This document shows, piece after piece, positions 63,577 to 64,000 of a DNA stretch of 64,000 bases. The stretch's first letter is position 1; each line of letters opens with the position of its first letter. Under the pieces are notes generated by a model. The model was not told where the DNA came from and did no database searches. It was given only the letters and a program-made list of their open reading frames with translations. The stretch lies in NCBI RefSeq assembly GCF_006345805.1, contig NC_043001.1, positions 49,724,001 through 49,788,000 of the forward strand, in the 5' to 3' direction. Source of the stretch: Octopus sinensis. Lineage: Eukaryota. The position numbers and the translations under genes are program-made.

Positions 63577-63722
63577 CTGTCTATTACTATGATGGGACCA
63601 CTGTTATATTGTTGATACCACTTCCTACAAGTCTCAATAAACTCAAAAGCTGTATACAGTGGTTGGCACTCATCAGGCCACTCTGTTGTGGCAATAATTC
63701 GACTCATCAAGACATAATCATC
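63577..63722 (-). CDS. Ptp99A: Receptor-type protein tyrosine phosphatase (R5, Ptp99A/PTPRG/PTPRZ1-like) D2-domain exon (146 nt): DDYVLMSRIIATTEWPDECQPLYTAFEFIETCRKWYQQYNSGPIIVID(R)
   Basis: Minus-strand tctttcag| acceptor and |gtgagt donor. DDYVL...WP....GP.IV.D is the R5 D2 pattern. Upstream exons lie beyond the window. Exact orthology is inferred. Confidence 0.88.
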
Positions 63723-64000
63723 CTGAAAGAATGCAATGTTGTACAATGAAACAACAGATACTCCTCAAAAGACATGAGTTCAAGTTAACAGAGGGGCTAA
63801 AATTCAGCATTGCAGTTAAGGCTTGACATTTAGGAAAAGGGTTAGCATTAGAGTTAAGGTTTACCATTTGGGTTAAGGGTTAGTGATAAAATTATGTTCA
63901 TATATATATATATGCTGTGCTTTCATTTGCTTTTATTTCATACATAGAGTTATGCAGCAACAGTAGAATCTATAGTGATAGGTATCTCTTACCTGTGTTG

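Overview
AT-rich animal (eukaryotic) genomic DNA. The microsatellite load and the SINE/RTE repeat families look most like an Octopus (coleoid cephalopod) genome; that is an inference from repeat style, not a search result. Two spliced genes lie tail to tail. On +, nine GT-AG coding exons (15616-35827, 1073 nt, open frame to a TAG) encode protein O-glucosyltransferase 1 (POGLUT1/Rumi, CAP10 family). Its signal-peptide exon could not be located, and the protein ends ...NKDLILIK with no KDEL/KTEL-type ER-retrieval motif. On -, three exons (63722-58431) encode the C-terminal pseudo-phosphatase D2 domain and tail of an R5-type receptor tyrosine phosphatase (Ptp99A/PTPRG/PTPRZ1-like), which continues beyond the window. 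The rest is mostly transposon debris: several tRNA-headed SINE families, RTE and CR1 LINE fragments, TTAA-flanked piggyBac-type MITEs (one nested), a non-autonomous Helitron, a mariner foldback and a DD41D Tc1/mariner fragment. No prokaryotic features, CRISPR array, rRNA or genuine tRNA gene were seen. The most notable observations are several long palindromes or inverted repeats within the POGLUT1 transcription unit (candidate dsRNA/ADAR substrates), a perfect AG|GTGAGT recursive-splice-like exon start, the missing ER-retrieval signal, and a diverged 270-bp palindrome in otherwise unique DNA downstream of the phosphatase. I cannot establish a wholly new biological system from the sequence alone.
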